Shown here: positions 22,026 through 31,703 of the stretch, one piece after another
Layout of the letters: the number at the start of each line of letters is the position of its first letter
How positions within the stretch are numbered: position 1 is the first letter of the stretch
Source: Methylococcaceae bacterium
GTDB taxonomy: Bacteria; Pseudomonadota; Gammaproteobacteria; Methylococcales; Methylomonadaceae
Assembly: GCA_037129595.1 (NCBI GenBank)
Contig: JBAXUR010000004.1
Span: 8,965 to 72,964 of the forward strand
Length of the DNA: 64,000 bases
Reading direction: 5' to 3'
The notes under the pieces: generated by a model
Told to the model about the DNA's origin: nothing
Seen by the model: only the letters and a program-made list of their open reading frames with translations
Databases searched by the model: none
Made by a program: the position numbers and the translations under genes

Positions 22026-23645
22026 TTAATTAATCAACATGCGTGTTAACGGACTGTCGCTAGCGACGGATAACAGCTTATCGGCATCCGTTTCGGAGCA
22101 TAAATCCATAAGAACCGAGAGTTGATTCACCTGTTCTTTATGTTGTTGAGCCAGATTTTCGACGGTACTTACAACTTCCACTTCTATCAGGCTAAAGGCG
22201 GCATGTAGACCTTTATTAAGGCCTTTTAAGGCACTCTTTTGTAAAGAGGGTTGCGATTTTTTTAGAATAAAAAACGGGATTAGCCAAGTCAGTACGATTA
22301 GCAGACTGCTATGGATGGCAAAATCAACACCCAAGTAATGATTGTCCGTCATGTTACTGGTGTAATAGCCCATAAATACTTTATAGCCAACCCACGTCAT
22401 GGCAGTCAAGGGCAGAACTATTTCGCACAACCGCATGCCTTTTAAAAATCCCCGTTGCAAGGCGTTGCCGGGATTAGCCAACGCCATGCGGGTTGCCAGT
22501 TCAGTTTGTATTTGCATGATGTTGGGCGCTTTCTCCCGAAGCAGCGCTGACTGTTGTTTAAACGGTAAAGTAGGTAATCCCAATTCGTCAATATTGCTAA
22601 TAAATTCATCCAGCGCATCATCAAAACGGGCTTGAGCCCAGGCATCCCATAATATATGGTGGGGGCTATCCCGATGAGTCATTAAATCGGAGGCGTGTTC
22701 TGCGTAATAGACGGCAAACTGCTTTATGGGCCAGGCAAAGCCTTCTTGCAATTGCTTTGTAGTTCGCTGCCATTGTTTGTGCCACAGTACCGCTGCCTGT
22801 TGAAATATGTGTTCTGAACCTAACGATTCGGCTACCTGTTGCAATTTTTTCTGTAACTCGTTTTTCCGTACCTGCAAGCCTCTTTGTTCCAGTTGTTCAA
22901 TAATATGCGCTGTTGCCAAAGCCTGTATAGTGGCTTCCAAGGCGGCAAATTCGTCTACTTGCAGCCCTTCTGCACACACTGTTTTAAAAATAACGGGCTC
23001 TACAAAACCCGCTTTATGTAACTGCCGGTTAAAATCTTCATATTGCGCTGACTGCCCTCTGTCCCACTGGTTTAACACAAACAGCCAGGCATGTCTTGCG
23101 CCTTCTGCAAGCAGTAATCGCCACGCCTTTTCATCGCGGTAACGCTCGGGGCTAACCACATAAATAAGGACGTCAATATGGGGTAACCACTGCAAAACCA
23201 GGTGCTTGTTAGGTTGCTCGGTACTGTCAAAATCGGGCATATCTATCCAGACGATATTTTTTTTACTCTCATCGTCATGTTGCGAGATATTAATTTTAGC
23301 CAGTGGTAAGGCTTCCGGAAGATTTTGCAGGGCAACACTGTGATGATGATATAAAGTTACTTCCCGCGAAGTGGGTCGTTCTATCCCTGCCCTAGCTATG
23401 GCCTTGCCTGCCAGGCGATTAAGCAAAGAACTTTTACCCACCCCGGTGCCCCCCATGAAAGCAACGATAAGCGGTCTTGCAGCACTGCCTGTTTCTACAC
23501 CATAACCTGAAAACAAAGCGTCTGGGGTTCGGGTATGCAATTGACTTAAGCTCATAGCAGCATCAGCATTGATCCAGCCGGACGCGCTCGCCTGTTCAGC
23601 CCAGTGTTTGGTTTTTTCTACTAAATCAGAGTAATCGTAAGCCAT
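22026..23645 (-). CDS. Large P-loop GTPase (dynamin/Era-like) with C-terminal TM helices
   Basis: G1 GGTGVGKS, G2 RPTS, G3 DMPD, G4-like NQWD; helical middle region; two hydrophobic helices near the C-terminus. Confidence 0.75.
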   Translation of the reverse strand: MAYDYSDLVEKTKHWAEQASASGWINADAAMSLSQLHTRTPDALFSGYGVETGSAARPLIVAFMGGTGVGKSSLLNRLAGKAIARAGIERPTSREVTLYHHHSVALQNLPEALPLAKINISQHDDESKKNIVWIDMPDFDSTEQPNKHLVLQWLPHIDVLIYVVSPERYRDEKAWRLLLAEGARHAWLFVLNQWDRGQSAQYEDFNRQLHKAGFVEPVIFKTVCAEGLQVDEFAALEATIQALATAHIIEQLEQRGLQVRKNELQKKLQQVAESLGSEHIFQQAAVLWHKQWQRTTKQLQEGFAWPIKQFAVYYAEHASDLMTHRDSPHHILWDAWAQARFDDALDEFISNIDELGLPTLPFKQQSALLREKAPNIMQIQTELATRMALANPGNALQRGFLKGMRLCEIVLPLTAMTWVGYKVFMGYYTSNMTDNHYLGVDFAIHSSLLIVLTWLIPFFILKKSQPSLQKSALKGLNKGLHAAFSLIEVEVVSTVENLAQQHKEQVNQLSVLMDLCSETDADKLLSVASDSPLTRMLIN

Positions 23646-25365
23646 GTCGCTTTTCTATAAGTTGATGTTCAGCCGCCTGTAGTTGCTCAGGAGAAATATT
23701 AAAATGCGCCTGGGTCGACAATTGTTCAGGCAGCGCCAACAGCTTTAAGCCAATACTGTCAACAAAAAGCGCTTGGTTTACCACATGCAGCTGATGCTGT
23801 TTTAGCTCATGCTCTATTTTGTGCATATAACTGCCGATGGCGCTTTCGGCTAATAACGAGGTGATTGTCAACATCGCCGGGGCAAAAATCAAATCATGCA
23901 CGCCAATACCGCCCAAGTGTATCGTCAGCGCAATTGCCGCCGCATCGGTCGTTACGCGGGTGGCGCGTAAACTGTTTAAAACCAGGGGCTGTTCTTGTAG
24001 TTTGCCATATAATCGCTGTGCGGTTTTTTCAACCTCTTGCTGAAAACCCAGATGATAAATTTTTGCCGCACTACTAAAATCCTGCAAAATACCCTGTCGT
24101 TGACGGCGTAATAAACCGCTAAACTCTTTCCACCAAAGTCGTTGACTGCCCTCTTCAGCGTTATCAAGCAACTTATCTGCCAACTGAATCAATAAATGTT
24201 CAGCAATTTGATTCAATAAAATGATTTCTTGATTGCTATCGGCAACCGGCCCTCTTTTGCGCCCCAGCTTAAGCATTTTCCTTACCGGCCAAGTAAGTAC
24301 CTTGCGTGCACCGGTTAAAACACCTGCCAAACCAGGGACTTCCAATAACGTCAGTAACTCTGCCAACGCCCGTTGAAAAGTTTCGTAATGACGAGGATGA
24401 TTTAAGTAATCACGCTGATAATTGTCCAAGGCCTGCTTGATTGACTCATCAACCCATGCCTGCCAATCATTCAAAGCCTGATGCTCGGCAATAACCGGTT
24501 CCAGCCAGGTTTGCCAATGTTTTTGCAGTAAATCCTGTTCATAACGCATCTGGTTTTTAGCCGCGACTTTACTGGCCAACTGCTTAAGCAAATCCTGTTG
24601 CGCGACAGGCCATACCGGCAAACCTGCTTGTTTTTGATAATACAAAGGCACGATGTCGGGAAAACCGTCTTTTCGGGCAAGTTGCCATTTCTCTTTTAAG
24701 GAGTCAATCAGTAACGCTTCCGAGCCTTCGCTCAACTTGTTTAAACAAATAACCGTTGGCTGATGCAACGGTTCAAGCGCCGACATCATGTCCCAGACGG
24801 ATTGATCGGCATATTTTTCTTTGCTGACCACAAGAATAATAATATCAGCCAACGCCATCGTTCTGATGACCCCTTCCCGATAAACAGCCGAATCTATTGA
24901 ATCAAAATCCGGCGTATCCCATAAAACACCGTGCGGTAACAGCGCAGATGCCAACGTTGTTTCAGTTAAAGAATAACAATCATGCCGGTCTCGTGGCATC
25001 TGTGCCTGTTGCAATTGTTGAAAACGGCCAAAATAGCGCTGCAAACCACTGCAATCATCCCTATTTACGCCCAGGCAAAAACCCTGTGGATGAATGGTAT
25101 AACCCGCCAAAGGACTGACCCCTGCAACATCACTATTAAGCAATACATTAACCAGTGAACTCTTGCCAGCCTGCGTCGGGCCTACGACAGTAATTTGTAA
25201 CGGTTGCTTAGACAAGGCATTATTAAACTGACCTTTGCGCAGAAAAGCTTCCGTTAAAATCAGCTGATCGATGCGTTGTTGATAGTCACTTTTGCCAGAC
25301 TCGTTACCCGGTTGATTTAAAACTGACTGGTAACGCTGATTTAGCAGTTGAATAAATTGCAGCAT
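23626..25365 (-). CDS. Large P-loop GTPase (dynamin/Era-like), partner of 22026-23645
   Basis: G1 GPTQAGKS, G3 DTPD, G4 NKLS; long helical stalk; start placed at MLQFIQ to avoid overlap with the divergent gene. Confidence 0.75.
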   Translation of the reverse strand: MLQFIQLLNQRYQSVLNQPGNESGKSDYQQRIDQLILTEAFLRKGQFNNALSKQPLQITVVGPTQAGKSSLVNVLLNSDVAGVSPLAGYTIHPQGFCLGVNRDDCSGLQRYFGRFQQLQQAQMPRDRHDCYSLTETTLASALLPHGVLWDTPDFDSIDSAVYREGVIRTMALADIIILVVSKEKYADQSVWDMMSALEPLHQPTVICLNKLSEGSEALLIDSLKEKWQLARKDGFPDIVPLYYQKQAGLPVWPVAQQDLLKQLASKVAAKNQMRYEQDLLQKHWQTWLEPVIAEHQALNDWQAWVDESIKQALDNYQRDYLNHPRHYETFQRALAELLTLLEVPGLAGVLTGARKVLTWPVRKMLKLGRKRGPVADSNQEIILLNQIAEHLLIQLADKLLDNAEEGSQRLWWKEFSGLLRRQRQGILQDFSSAAKIYHLGFQQEVEKTAQRLYGKLQEQPLVLNSLRATRVTTDAAAIALTIHLGGIGVHDLIFAPAMLTITSLLAESAIGSYMHKIEHELKQHQLHVVNQALFVDSIGLKLLALPEQLSTQAHFNISPEQLQAAEHQLIEKRHGLRLL

Positions 25366-25471
25366 ATAAGCGTGGCTCAGGGTTATAATAATTGACCATT
25401 TTACTTTGTTTGGTGATCTGGCGTTAAAATACCATAACATGAACCCGTACTTAACTTCGAGGTTATCTTTA

Positions 25472-25903
25472 ATGAAGAAACTACCTGTACTGCTGCTTAT
25501 ACTCACCTGTACCACTTTACTGGCTTGCAGTAAAGGGCAAGAAATAAATGGTCATAACACCTCTACTGCTTATCGATCAGTAAAGGCACTTAAAAACCGC
25601 TTGTCTCCGGATAATCGCATTGAATTTGAAGTCTCTTTCTGGACGATTAGGGATGCAAAAAAAGATGATAAGGAATTCTTGAATGTCGTTGATGGTAAAA
25701 CGCCTGAGGAAATTATTGCAACAGGCAAGGAAATCTATCAAGAACGAAAAGCAGCCGGTTTTAAAGGCTATGAAGAGTATTCTAGCTGGGAAGAAATGAT
25801 TGCCAAATTTGGCAAAGAGAGAATGGATCAGGATAACCGGAAAAGCAGATCCAAAGAAGATCAAGAAAAAGATAAAGCCAATGACGTGACATACAAACTC
25901 TAA
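25472..25903 (+). CDS. Hypothetical lipoprotein
   Basis: MKK plus hydrophobic core and lipobox LLAC; GAGG upstream. Confidence 0.75.
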   Translation: MKKLPVLLLILTCTTLLACSKGQEINGHNTSTAYRSVKALKNRLSPDNRIEFEVSFWTIRDAKKDDKEFLNVVDGKTPEEIIATGKEIYQERKAAGFKGYEEYSSWEEMIAKFGKERMDQDNRKSRSKEDQEKDKANDVTYKL

Positions 25904-25989
25904 AATAAAACCCTATTTAAATAAAACTTATCGGGTTTCAAAAAATAAAATACTAAAAAAACCAGGTTTGTGTGAGTTCGTAATAATAA

Positions 25990-26032
25990 ACAACCCCTTG
26001 TCATTAAATAATGTCCAAGGGGTTTTTTATTT
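25990..26032. terminator. Probable bidirectional intrinsic terminator
   Basis: aaccccttg...caaggggtt followed by a T-run, between convergent genes. Confidence 0.55.
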
Positions 26033-26722
26033 TCAACGACCCGGCAGGGCCTTCTGATTGATTATTTTTTGATCTACCAAAGCAGAAACAAACTGACTGG
26101 CTTCAGCGATGGTTTGTTCCATTGCCTGAATAAGTTGTGAAATATCAATACTGATTTCAATAAACTCGTGCTGCAAAGCCGCAATAGCACGCGCATTGAG
26201 ATTATGCTTTAGATACAAGACCTGATCTTTAAAAGCTGCCAACACCGGCTGAATTTTACTTTCAGCACGTTGCATCGCTTTAATCAGTCGGGCATAATTT
26301 TTTCTGGCTAACTTTAGTTGTTGCTTGCTACTGTTACGTAAAGCTCGATTAGTGTATTCATTTAATTCACTTTCCCATTCCACAAATAACGCTTCACTGA
26401 CTTCTTGTATCGCCCTTATTTTAGTGCTGACCGCATCCGACTTTGAGCGGCAGAACTGATATTGTCTATTAAGCCGGTTATATTTATGTTCTAATCCTGC
26501 TTCATTAACATGCACCAGATTTTTAAAGCGCTCCAGCGCATCCTCAAACTCATCCCGTGTTTCTTTAAGACTGACGCAAGCTTGCTCAACCTGATAAACA
26601 ACAATTTCCCGCTTATGCTCACCAATCGATTCTCTGGCGCTGTAATAAACAGTTCTTATTTTTTTTGAAAAAAAACGGCTGATTAAATTTAACGGTGTTG
26701 ATGATTTGTCAGCTTCAGCCAT
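26033..26722 (-). CDS. DUF2959 family coiled-coil protein
   Basis: YYSARESIGEHKREI and FKDQVLYLKHNLNARAIAAL motifs. Confidence 0.8.
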   Translation of the reverse strand: MAEADKSSTPLNLISRFFSKKIRTVYYSARESIGEHKREIVVYQVEQACVSLKETRDEFEDALERFKNLVHVNEAGLEHKYNRLNRQYQFCRSKSDAVSTKIRAIQEVSEALFVEWESELNEYTNRALRNSSKQQLKLARKNYARLIKAMQRAESKIQPVLAAFKDQVLYLKHNLNARAIAALQHEFIEISIDISQLIQAMEQTIAEASQFVSALVDQKIINQKALPGR

Positions 26723-27006
26723 TGGATATTTCTGCTTTAAAGGTATCGCATTGCGGTTTATTTTTAAATTATTATAAGCGTTTACTGGTTTATGACCAAT
26801 GATAAGCTTGCTTACACCCAGCAGGTAAATAACAGCCATCATAAGTCACCTTTAATTTCACCATAAACATCCACTTAGTCGTCAGGTGTAACTGACTGTT
26901 TATTCATTGGTTTTAATGTGTTATCCCTCTGGACACAGGCTTGTCGACGTCGACGACGTCTAATTGCGGTATAATGATCAGTTATCTGCTGTTCGCTTAC
27001 TATTCC

Positions 27007-29337
27007 ATGAAAGTCATCTTAACCGAAAAGCCCTCCGTTGCTCGCGATATCGCCAAGTGTCTAAATATTAACGCTAAACGTGATGGTTATTTTGAGGGCA
27101 ACGGCTATCAAATTACTTGGGCATTCGGTCATTTAGTTGAATTAAAAGAACCTGACGAATACCATCCCGAATGGAAACGCTGGTCGTTAGACGCCTTACC
27201 TATCATTCCTGAACAATTTGGCCTGAAAGCACGCGGTGATGAATCTGCCCAAAAACAATTAAATATCATCAAGCGCTTGTTTGAAGCGGCCGACGAAATT
27301 GTTTGTGCGACCGATGCCGGACGCGAAGGTGAGCTGATTTTTAGATATATTTTGGCGTGGACACACTGCTTGCAAAAACCGTTTACACGCTTGTGGATCA
27401 GTTCGTTAACGGATGAATCCATCCGCAAAGGCTTTGCCCAATTACAAGATGGCAGTGTCTATGACGGGCTTTATCGAGCCGCCAAATGCCGCAGTGAATC
27501 AGATTGGATCGTCGGTTTAAATGCGACGCGCCTGTATACCCTTAAGTTTGGTCAGCAGGGTTTATTATGGACCATCGGTCGTGTGCAGACGCCGGTGCTG
27601 GCGCTTATTGTGCAGAAAGACTTGGAGATTGCCAAATTTATTCCCAAGGATTTTTGGGAATTACATAGCCTTTATAGAGCGGCTGATTTTCAGTATATCG
27701 GTGGACGCTTTGATCAAAAACCCGATGCCGAGGCGTTGTTAAGCCAGATTGAAGGTCATGATTTTGAGATTACCTCGGTTAAAGGCAAGCGTGAATTGGT
27801 GAATCCGCCGTTATTGTATGACCTAACGGAATTGCAGAAAGACATGAGTATTCGTTATGGTTTGACGGCTGATCAAACCTTAACGTGCGCCCAGCAATTA
27901 TACGAAAAAAAACATATCACTTATCCCCGTACCGATAGTCGTTGCTTAACCAACGACATGAAGCCAGGCATGAAGCCCTTGCTGGAAAAATTACGCCTGC
28001 GTTTTCAATCACAAATAGCTGCACTGGATTTTGACAAGTTGCCCTTGAGCAACCGTTATTTTAATGATGCCAAAGTCAGTGATCATCATGCCATCATTCC
28101 TACGACGACTCTGCCAGGATCATTGGACCATGATGAAGCTAAAGTGTATGAAGCGATTGTCTTGCGATTTATTGCGGCTTTTTATCCGGCTTGTGTCAAA
28201 CAGATCACAACCGTATTGGGCGCCGTTAAACACATAAAATTTAAAACCACCGGCACAATTATCGAAGCGCCTGGTTGGCAGGTACTGTATAAAAACGACT
28301 CGCCCGGTCAAGCATCAAAAGGGGATGAGATAAAAATTCTGCCCAACTTTATACAGGGCGAAACGGGGCCGCATCAACCCACGATTAATCAGGGTAAGAC
28401 CACGCCGCCAAAGCCGTATAATGAAGCCAGTTTATTGGGTATGATGGAGTCTGCCGGCAAAACTTGTGACGATGAAGAGCTTAAAGAAGCCTTAAAAGAA
28501 AAAGGTTTGGGTACACCAGCGACCCGCGCTTCTATTATTGAAGTGCTAATCAAACGAAACTATATCCAGCGGCAAAAAAAGCTGTTGCTCAGCACCGAAT
28601 CAGGACGCCATCTTATTTCCATTATTGCGGATGACCGTTTAAAGTCGGCAGCCATGACCGGCGAATGGGAAGCCAAGCTAAAAAAAATAGAACACAACAC
28701 CTACAATCCCGATCAGTTTATGGCGGAGATTATTCAGTTTACCCAGCAATTAAAAGATGAATCGACCAAGCCACTTTATGATGACAGCAAGCTGGGCGAC
28801 TGCCCACTCTGCCAACATCCCATTATTGAAGGTCGGCAAGGTTATGGCTGTAGCCAATGGAAAGCGGGTTGTAAATTTGTTTTATGGAAACAGGCCTTCC
28901 ATTTAACGATTACCCGGGACATGGCCTGTCAATTACTGCAAAATGGTCGAACCTTAAATGCTTACGCCATTAAAATAAATGATGACGTATTTAATGCCCA
29001 ACTAACGCTGAATACCTTGGGCGAGACGGGCTACAACAAACTGCAAAATCAGCCGCTACAAAACGTAACTGACGCGCTTGCTGATTGCCCGTTGTGCAAC
29101 GGAAAAATCATTGAAACCAGCAAAGCTTATAGCTGTAGTGAATGGCGCAACGGTTGCAAAGCGGTTATTTGGAAAACCATTGCGAATAAAACAATCACCC
29201 CGACTATGGCCAAAAAACTCTTAAGCAAAGGCGAAACCGGCGTTTTAAAAGGCTTTAAATCCACTAAAGGCACCGAGTTTGAAGTCAATCTAAAGTTGGT
29301 TGACGGTAAAGTTGAAATGGATTTTGCCAGTCGCTAA
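27007..29337 (+). CDS. topB: DNA topoisomerase III with C-terminal Cys-containing repeats
   Basis: TEKPSVA, ATDAGREGELI, GRVQTP, ITYPRTD (catalytic Tyr) and GLGTPATRA; two CPLC...C..W repeats. Confidence 0.92.
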   Translation: MKVILTEKPSVARDIAKCLNINAKRDGYFEGNGYQITWAFGHLVELKEPDEYHPEWKRWSLDALPIIPEQFGLKARGDESAQKQLNIIKRLFEAADEIVCATDAGREGELIFRYILAWTHCLQKPFTRLWISSLTDESIRKGFAQLQDGSVYDGLYRAAKCRSESDWIVGLNATRLYTLKFGQQGLLWTIGRVQTPVLALIVQKDLEIAKFIPKDFWELHSLYRAADFQYIGGRFDQKPDAEALLSQIEGHDFEITSVKGKRELVNPPLLYDLTELQKDMSIRYGLTADQTLTCAQQLYEKKHITYPRTDSRCLTNDMKPGMKPLLEKLRLRFQSQIAALDFDKLPLSNRYFNDAKVSDHHAIIPTTTLPGSLDHDEAKVYEAIVLRFIAAFYPACVKQITTVLGAVKHIKFKTTGTIIEAPGWQVLYKNDSPGQASKGDEIKILPNFIQGETGPHQPTINQGKTTPPKPYNEASLLGMMESAGKTCDDEELKEALKEKGLGTPATRASIIEVLIKRNYIQRQKKLLLSTESGRHLISIIADDRLKSAAMTGEWEAKLKKIEHNTYNPDQFMAEIIQFTQQLKDESTKPLYDDSKLGDCPLCQHPIIEGRQGYGCSQWKAGCKFVLWKQAFHLTITRDMACQLLQNGRTLNAYAIKINDDVFNAQLTLNTLGETGYNKLQNQPLQNVTDALADCPLCNGKIIETSKAYSCSEWRNGCKAVIWKTIANKTITPTMAKKLLSKGETGVLKGFKSTKGTEFEVNLKLVDGKVEMDFASR

Positions 29338-29407
29338 TTTTTTCCTTTGGAGAGAATCCAAAATCAACCGATAATAGTTTAATTGTTACACAACCATGAG
29401 ATAAATA

Positions 29408-29848
29408 ATGTCAAACGTCTTTTCATTTACAGGCACTATCGGCAGAGATGCCGAAGTAAGATACGCACAGTCCGGACTGGCCGTATTAAATTTTACCGTC
29501 GCCAACAATATCGGCTTTGGAGAAAAACAACAAACCCTATGGATACGGGTTGCATTGTTTGGCAAACGCGCGGAAGGGCAATTACAAAACTATCTAAAGA
29601 AAGGTCAGCAAGTCTTTGTATCGGGTGAATTAACGCAAAGCGAATACAAAGCCAACGATGGCACGACTAAAACCAGCCTGGAACTTAACGCCAATATTAT
29701 TGATTTAATCGGCAAGAAAAATGAGTCCAACCAGCCACAACAAAACTATCAGTCTTCCGGATCAGGAGCACGCGAGCAGGCACCGGCCCGGCAAACAACC
29801 AGTAACGATAACTTTGATGCGCCTTATGATGACGATATTCCTTTTTAG
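29408..29848 (+). CDS. ssb: Single-stranded DNA-binding protein
   Basis: OB-fold motifs (GRDAEVRY, LKKGQQVFVSG); acidic DDDIPF tail. Confidence 0.93.
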   Translation: MSNVFSFTGTIGRDAEVRYAQSGLAVLNFTVANNIGFGEKQQTLWIRVALFGKRAEGQLQNYLKKGQQVFVSGELTQSEYKANDGTTKTSLELNANIIDLIGKKNESNQPQQNYQSSGSGAREQAPARQTTSNDNFDAPYDDDIPF

Positions 29849-29915
29849 AGGACACCTGATTATACTTAGGTAACTCGTAAAAAATAACTACCTTATCGTT
29901 CCCACGCTCCGGCGT

Positions 29916-30050
29916 CACTGCCCACAGTTAAGCGAAAGTTGTTTAAAATACGGTTGAGCTATTGACTGTAAAAACAGCTAAAGCGGTTTTACTCCAGCCG
30001 CAGTATTACATTATGCAGTATTACATTATTATGTTTAACTGTGAGCAGTG
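29916..30050. mobile_element. MITE family A variant, copy 3
   Basis: TIRs cactgcccacagttaagc / gtttaactgtgagcagtg; shared core; internal 15-bp tandem duplication gcagtattacattat. Confidence 0.7.
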
Positions 30051-30067
30051 GATGCATTGAGGCAATA

Positions 30068-30129
30068 GCCGAAACCCATCATAATGGATTCCTTATGCGA
30101 TGGGTTTCGCGCTGCTCTACCCATCCTAC
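30068..30129. repeat. GTAG-type REP doublet remnant
   Basis: cgaaacccatc...gatgggtttcg, ending in ccatcctac (reverse complement GTAGGATGG). Confidence 0.6.
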
Positions 30130-30160
30130 TCATGGTTATCAACTTAAAGCGGGGCAGTGC

Positions 30161-30333
30161 GGGTGCGCATCCACTAAATGGTTTTGTTTGCACCACAATC
30201 TATTATTGTTTTCTATCGGATCCCTATTAGGTTTCTACTCTGGCATGGTTGTGATGCGCGATGCGCATCCTACTAAACTAAACAGTAGTATTACGAAACT
30301 TGGTGGGTGTTATTTATTCCGAGTTGCCTAAAT
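30161..30333. repeat. Dispersed repeat of about 170 bp (REPIN-like), paralogous to 44581-44778
   Basis: Colinear similarity: caccacaatctattatt...ggtttctactctggcat...aaacagtagtatt.cgaaacttgg.gggtgttatttatt.cgagttgc. Confidence 0.75.
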
Positions 30334-30354
30334 CAAATAACGCAGAATTTTATT

Positions 30355-30537
30355 ATGAACCATTACGAAAATAGCAAAAAACCACGGCGCGTAGCATCGG
30401 TTACTTATCTTTTAATCATGGCAGTGATTCTTGGAGGAACTTATTTATCAAATCAAAAAAAAGAATTGGCAAAAAAAGAGTCATCCCAGGTTATAGAAAC
30501 CCCGGCTGTTTTTTCTGATACGTCCGTTCAAAATTAA
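30355..30537 (+). CDS. Small single-pass membrane protein
   Basis: 60-aa ORF with basic N-terminus and one TM helix. Confidence 0.55.
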   Translation: MNHYENSKKPRRVASVTYLLIMAVILGGTYLSNQKKELAKKESSQVIETPAVFSDTSVQN

Positions 30538-30594
30538 GTGATACAGTTAGTAAACGTCTAAAAAATTGAGAGATGTCCCACTGCTTAGGAAAAT

Positions 30595-31101
30595 ATGTTA
30601 ATTAATTTTACCGATGCCGATGAAACTTTATGCTGGCTTGCTATCAATGATGGGGTGATGGGGGGGATTTCGAAAAGTGGCATTAAACCATCACTTCTGG
30701 CTACCGGGCTATTTAGCGGGCAATTGTCGCTGGAAAATAACGGCGGTTTTGCCTCAATCCGCAGGCGTGCCGATAATTACAATCTTAAGGGTTCTATGGG
30801 CATCAGGCTGAACGTCAAAGGCGATGGTCGAACTTATCAGTTTCGGGTAAAAACTGATGAGCAGTTTGATGGCATCACTTACCGCTCCCTGTTTACAACC
30901 GATTCGCAGCAATGGCAGACACTCACCCTGCCCTTTGCCTGTTTTTGCGCAAGCTATAGAGGCAAACTGGTTCCAGACGCGCCGGCATTGCGTCCAGAAC
31001 ACATAAAACAACTTGGCTTTTTATTGGCTGATAAACAACCGGGGGCATTTTGTCTTGAAATAGCCAAAATAGAATCTTACGCAGCAACCGATGATTTGTG
31101 A
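30595..31101 (+). CDS. CIA30 (NDUFAF1-like) family protein
   Basis: WLAINDGVMGGIS, SLENNGGFASIR and KGDGRTY motifs. Confidence 0.9.
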   Translation: MLINFTDADETLCWLAINDGVMGGISKSGIKPSLLATGLFSGQLSLENNGGFASIRRRADNYNLKGSMGIRLNVKGDGRTYQFRVKTDEQFDGITYRSLFTTDSQQWQTLTLPFACFCASYRGKLVPDAPALRPEHIKQLGFLLADKQPGAFCLEIAKIESYAATDDL

Positions 31102-31144
31102 CGGTTTTGAACGGGTCACTGTAAAAGCGTCAATCCGCTATAAA

Positions 31145-31435
31145 TCAGGGATAAATAACTCTGGGTTTAAAGTAAGCGGCAGGATACTTGGGATCAGATT
31201 CGTCTTGAGCTTGATCGGCTAATGTAGCATTAACAAAGACAACGATAGGCGTAAAGTTTGCTGCGGGATATTTGGGGTCGACTTCATTTTGAATCGGGTC
31301 ACCAACCACTTCTTTAGCACTGTAAATGACACTGGGCTCAAAATCTGCGGCTGGGTATTTGCTGTCAGTTGCAGCGGATATATTTAGTGAATTTAAGGCA
31401 GCAACAGCCAATCCTATAACAATCATTTTCTTCAT
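31145..31435 (-). CDS. Secreted small protein with three DxKYPAAxFxPxVxY/F repeats
   Basis: Signal peptide; GGAGA RBS; three near-identical 15-aa motifs. Confidence 0.8.
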   Translation of the reverse strand: MKKMIVIGLAVAALNSLNISAATDSKYPAADFEPSVIYSAKEVVGDPIQNEVDPKYPAANFTPIVVFVNATLADQAQDESDPKYPAAYFKPRVIYP

Positions 31436-31703
31436 TTTTAATAATCTCCACTAATTGAAAAATCGACTCGTTTATTATTTTTAAACAATGACACAACAGA
31501 AAATAAAAGGACAGCCGTGTTAATCCGAAGTATCGAGTATTTTAAGTTATTTGGCAACTGCTTTTAGTGATACCTAACAACAGATTGGCTGGTAGCCTGC
31601 ATATCATAAACATGGCCATCTGCATTTTTCTGCCCTTCTTTTACCTGACTCCACTAAACAAAAAAGATGCCCGCCAAGACGCCTAAACCATTATTAAAAT
31701 AAC

